Source of the DNA: Catajapyx aquilonaris
Taxonomy: Eukaryota
Assembly (NCBI GenBank): GCA_000934665.2
Contig: KZ538212.1
Coordinates: 62,001 to 99,599 of the forward strand
Length of the DNA: 37,599 nt
Direction of reading: 5' to 3'
In this document: positions 36,793 to 37,599 of the stretch, one piece after another
How the letters are laid out: each line of letters begins with the position of its first letter
Numbering within the stretch: position 1 is the stretch's first letter
Notes under the pieces: model-generated
The model's database searches: none
The model's input: only the letters and a program-made list of their open reading frames with translations
Told to the model about the DNA's origin: nothing
Position numbers and translations under genes: made by a program

Positions 36793-36883
36793 GGCTGCCC
36801 TAGCCCAGTCGGCATCGCTCCTTTCCCTGATTCTAAGGGAAAGGGTTGCTGGATCGAATCCAGCAAATGCGAGTGCCTTTTTT
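36793..36883 (+). ncRNA. Putative Pol III tRNA-like or vault-RNA-like small RNA, unit 1
   Basis: A-box-like TAGCCCAGTCGG, 9-bp hairpin CCTTTCCCT/AGGGAAAGG, T-arm/B-box-like GCTGG-ATCGAAT-CCAGC, T6 run. Confidence 0.5.
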
Positions 36884-37003
36884 CAGGCTACCAACCATGC
36901 TAATATTTGTAGCTATTATGAATAGCCATTAAATTTCTCTTTTATAACTGTTATTTGGTTTGGAGAATTGGGTACAAGTTCGAAGCGCTGGATTTCCGTG
37001 GAT

Positions 37004-37092
37004 GGCTGCTAGCCCAGTCGGTAACACTCCTTTCCCTTATTCTAAAGGAAAGGGTTGCAGGATTGAATCTAGCCAAAGCGAGTGCCTTTTTT
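37004..37092 (+). ncRNA. Putative Pol III tRNA-like or vault-RNA-like small RNA, unit 2
   Basis: Same layout; the B box is degenerate (GGATTGAATCT), so this copy may be inactive. Confidence 0.4.
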
Positions 37093-37210
37093 CCGGCCAT
37101 TAACCAGACTAATATTTGTAGCTATTATAAATAGCTATTAAATTTCCCATTTACAACTGTTATTGGGTATTGGAGGAATGACTAGTTTCAACCGTTGGAT
37201 TTTCGTGGAT

Positions 37211-37300
37211 GGCTGGCTAGCCCAGTCGGTAACACTCCTTTCCCTTATTCTAAAGGAAAGGGTTGCAGGATCGAATCCAGCCAAAGCGACTGCCTTTTTT
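37211..37300 (+). ncRNA. Putative Pol III tRNA-like or vault-RNA-like small RNA, unit 3
   Basis: GGCTGGC-TAGCCCAGTCGG...CCTTTCC/GGAAAGG hairpin...GGATCGAATCC...GCC-TTTTTT. Confidence 0.5.
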
Positions 37301-37599
37301 CCGGCCACCAATATTTGTAGCTATTATGAATAGCTATTAAATTTCCCATTTATAACTGTTATTGGTCGTTGCAGGAATGGGTACGAGTTCCAAGAGAAGA
37401 ATTTTCGTTGGTGGCTGTCTGGCACGGTCATTGGCGCGCTTTCCTACTAATCTGAGGGTCTGTGGTTCAATTCCCACAAGTCGGACTCTGGATTATACGA
37501 AAGAAAAACATATATACCGTCTGACCTCTTCTCCCCTTCGTCACTTGGGCTTGTTGCCCAGATGGTGGGGGGAGTAGGGGTTGGGGGGGATATAGGGGG

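Larger units (their letters stand above)
36754..37490 (+). repeat. Tandem array, ~200-210-bp period, three similar units plus a diverged fourth
   Basis: Units begin near 36754, 36962, 37175 and 37374. Shared blocks include cgtggatggctg, tagcccagtcgg, gtgcctttttt and aatatttgtagctattat.aatagc.attaaattt. Confidence 0.92.

Overview
Eukaryotic DNA, most likely from an invertebrate animal. The only protein-coding genes I can support are two tandem, same-strand SLC22-family (organic cation/anion/zwitterion transporter, MFS) paralogues at 21377-23728 and 24077-26529. I reconstructed 9 coding exons for each by hand, giving about 555 and 562 aa, with very short introns and a shared probable GC-AG last intron. 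The first ~21 kb has no credible ORF. It is CpG-rich, dense in promoter/enhancer-type motifs, and contains several small palindromic non-autonomous DNA transposons (MITEs) and minisatellites. The stretch at 27.7-33.6 kb looks like a multi-exon, apparently non-coding + strand transcription unit with internal duplications. The most unusual feature is at the right end: a ~205-bp-period tandem array of ~90-nt tRNA-like or vault-RNA-like Pol III units (A box, central hairpin, B box, T6 terminator), plus a diverged fourth unit. All calls come from manual reading; no searches or folding programs were run.
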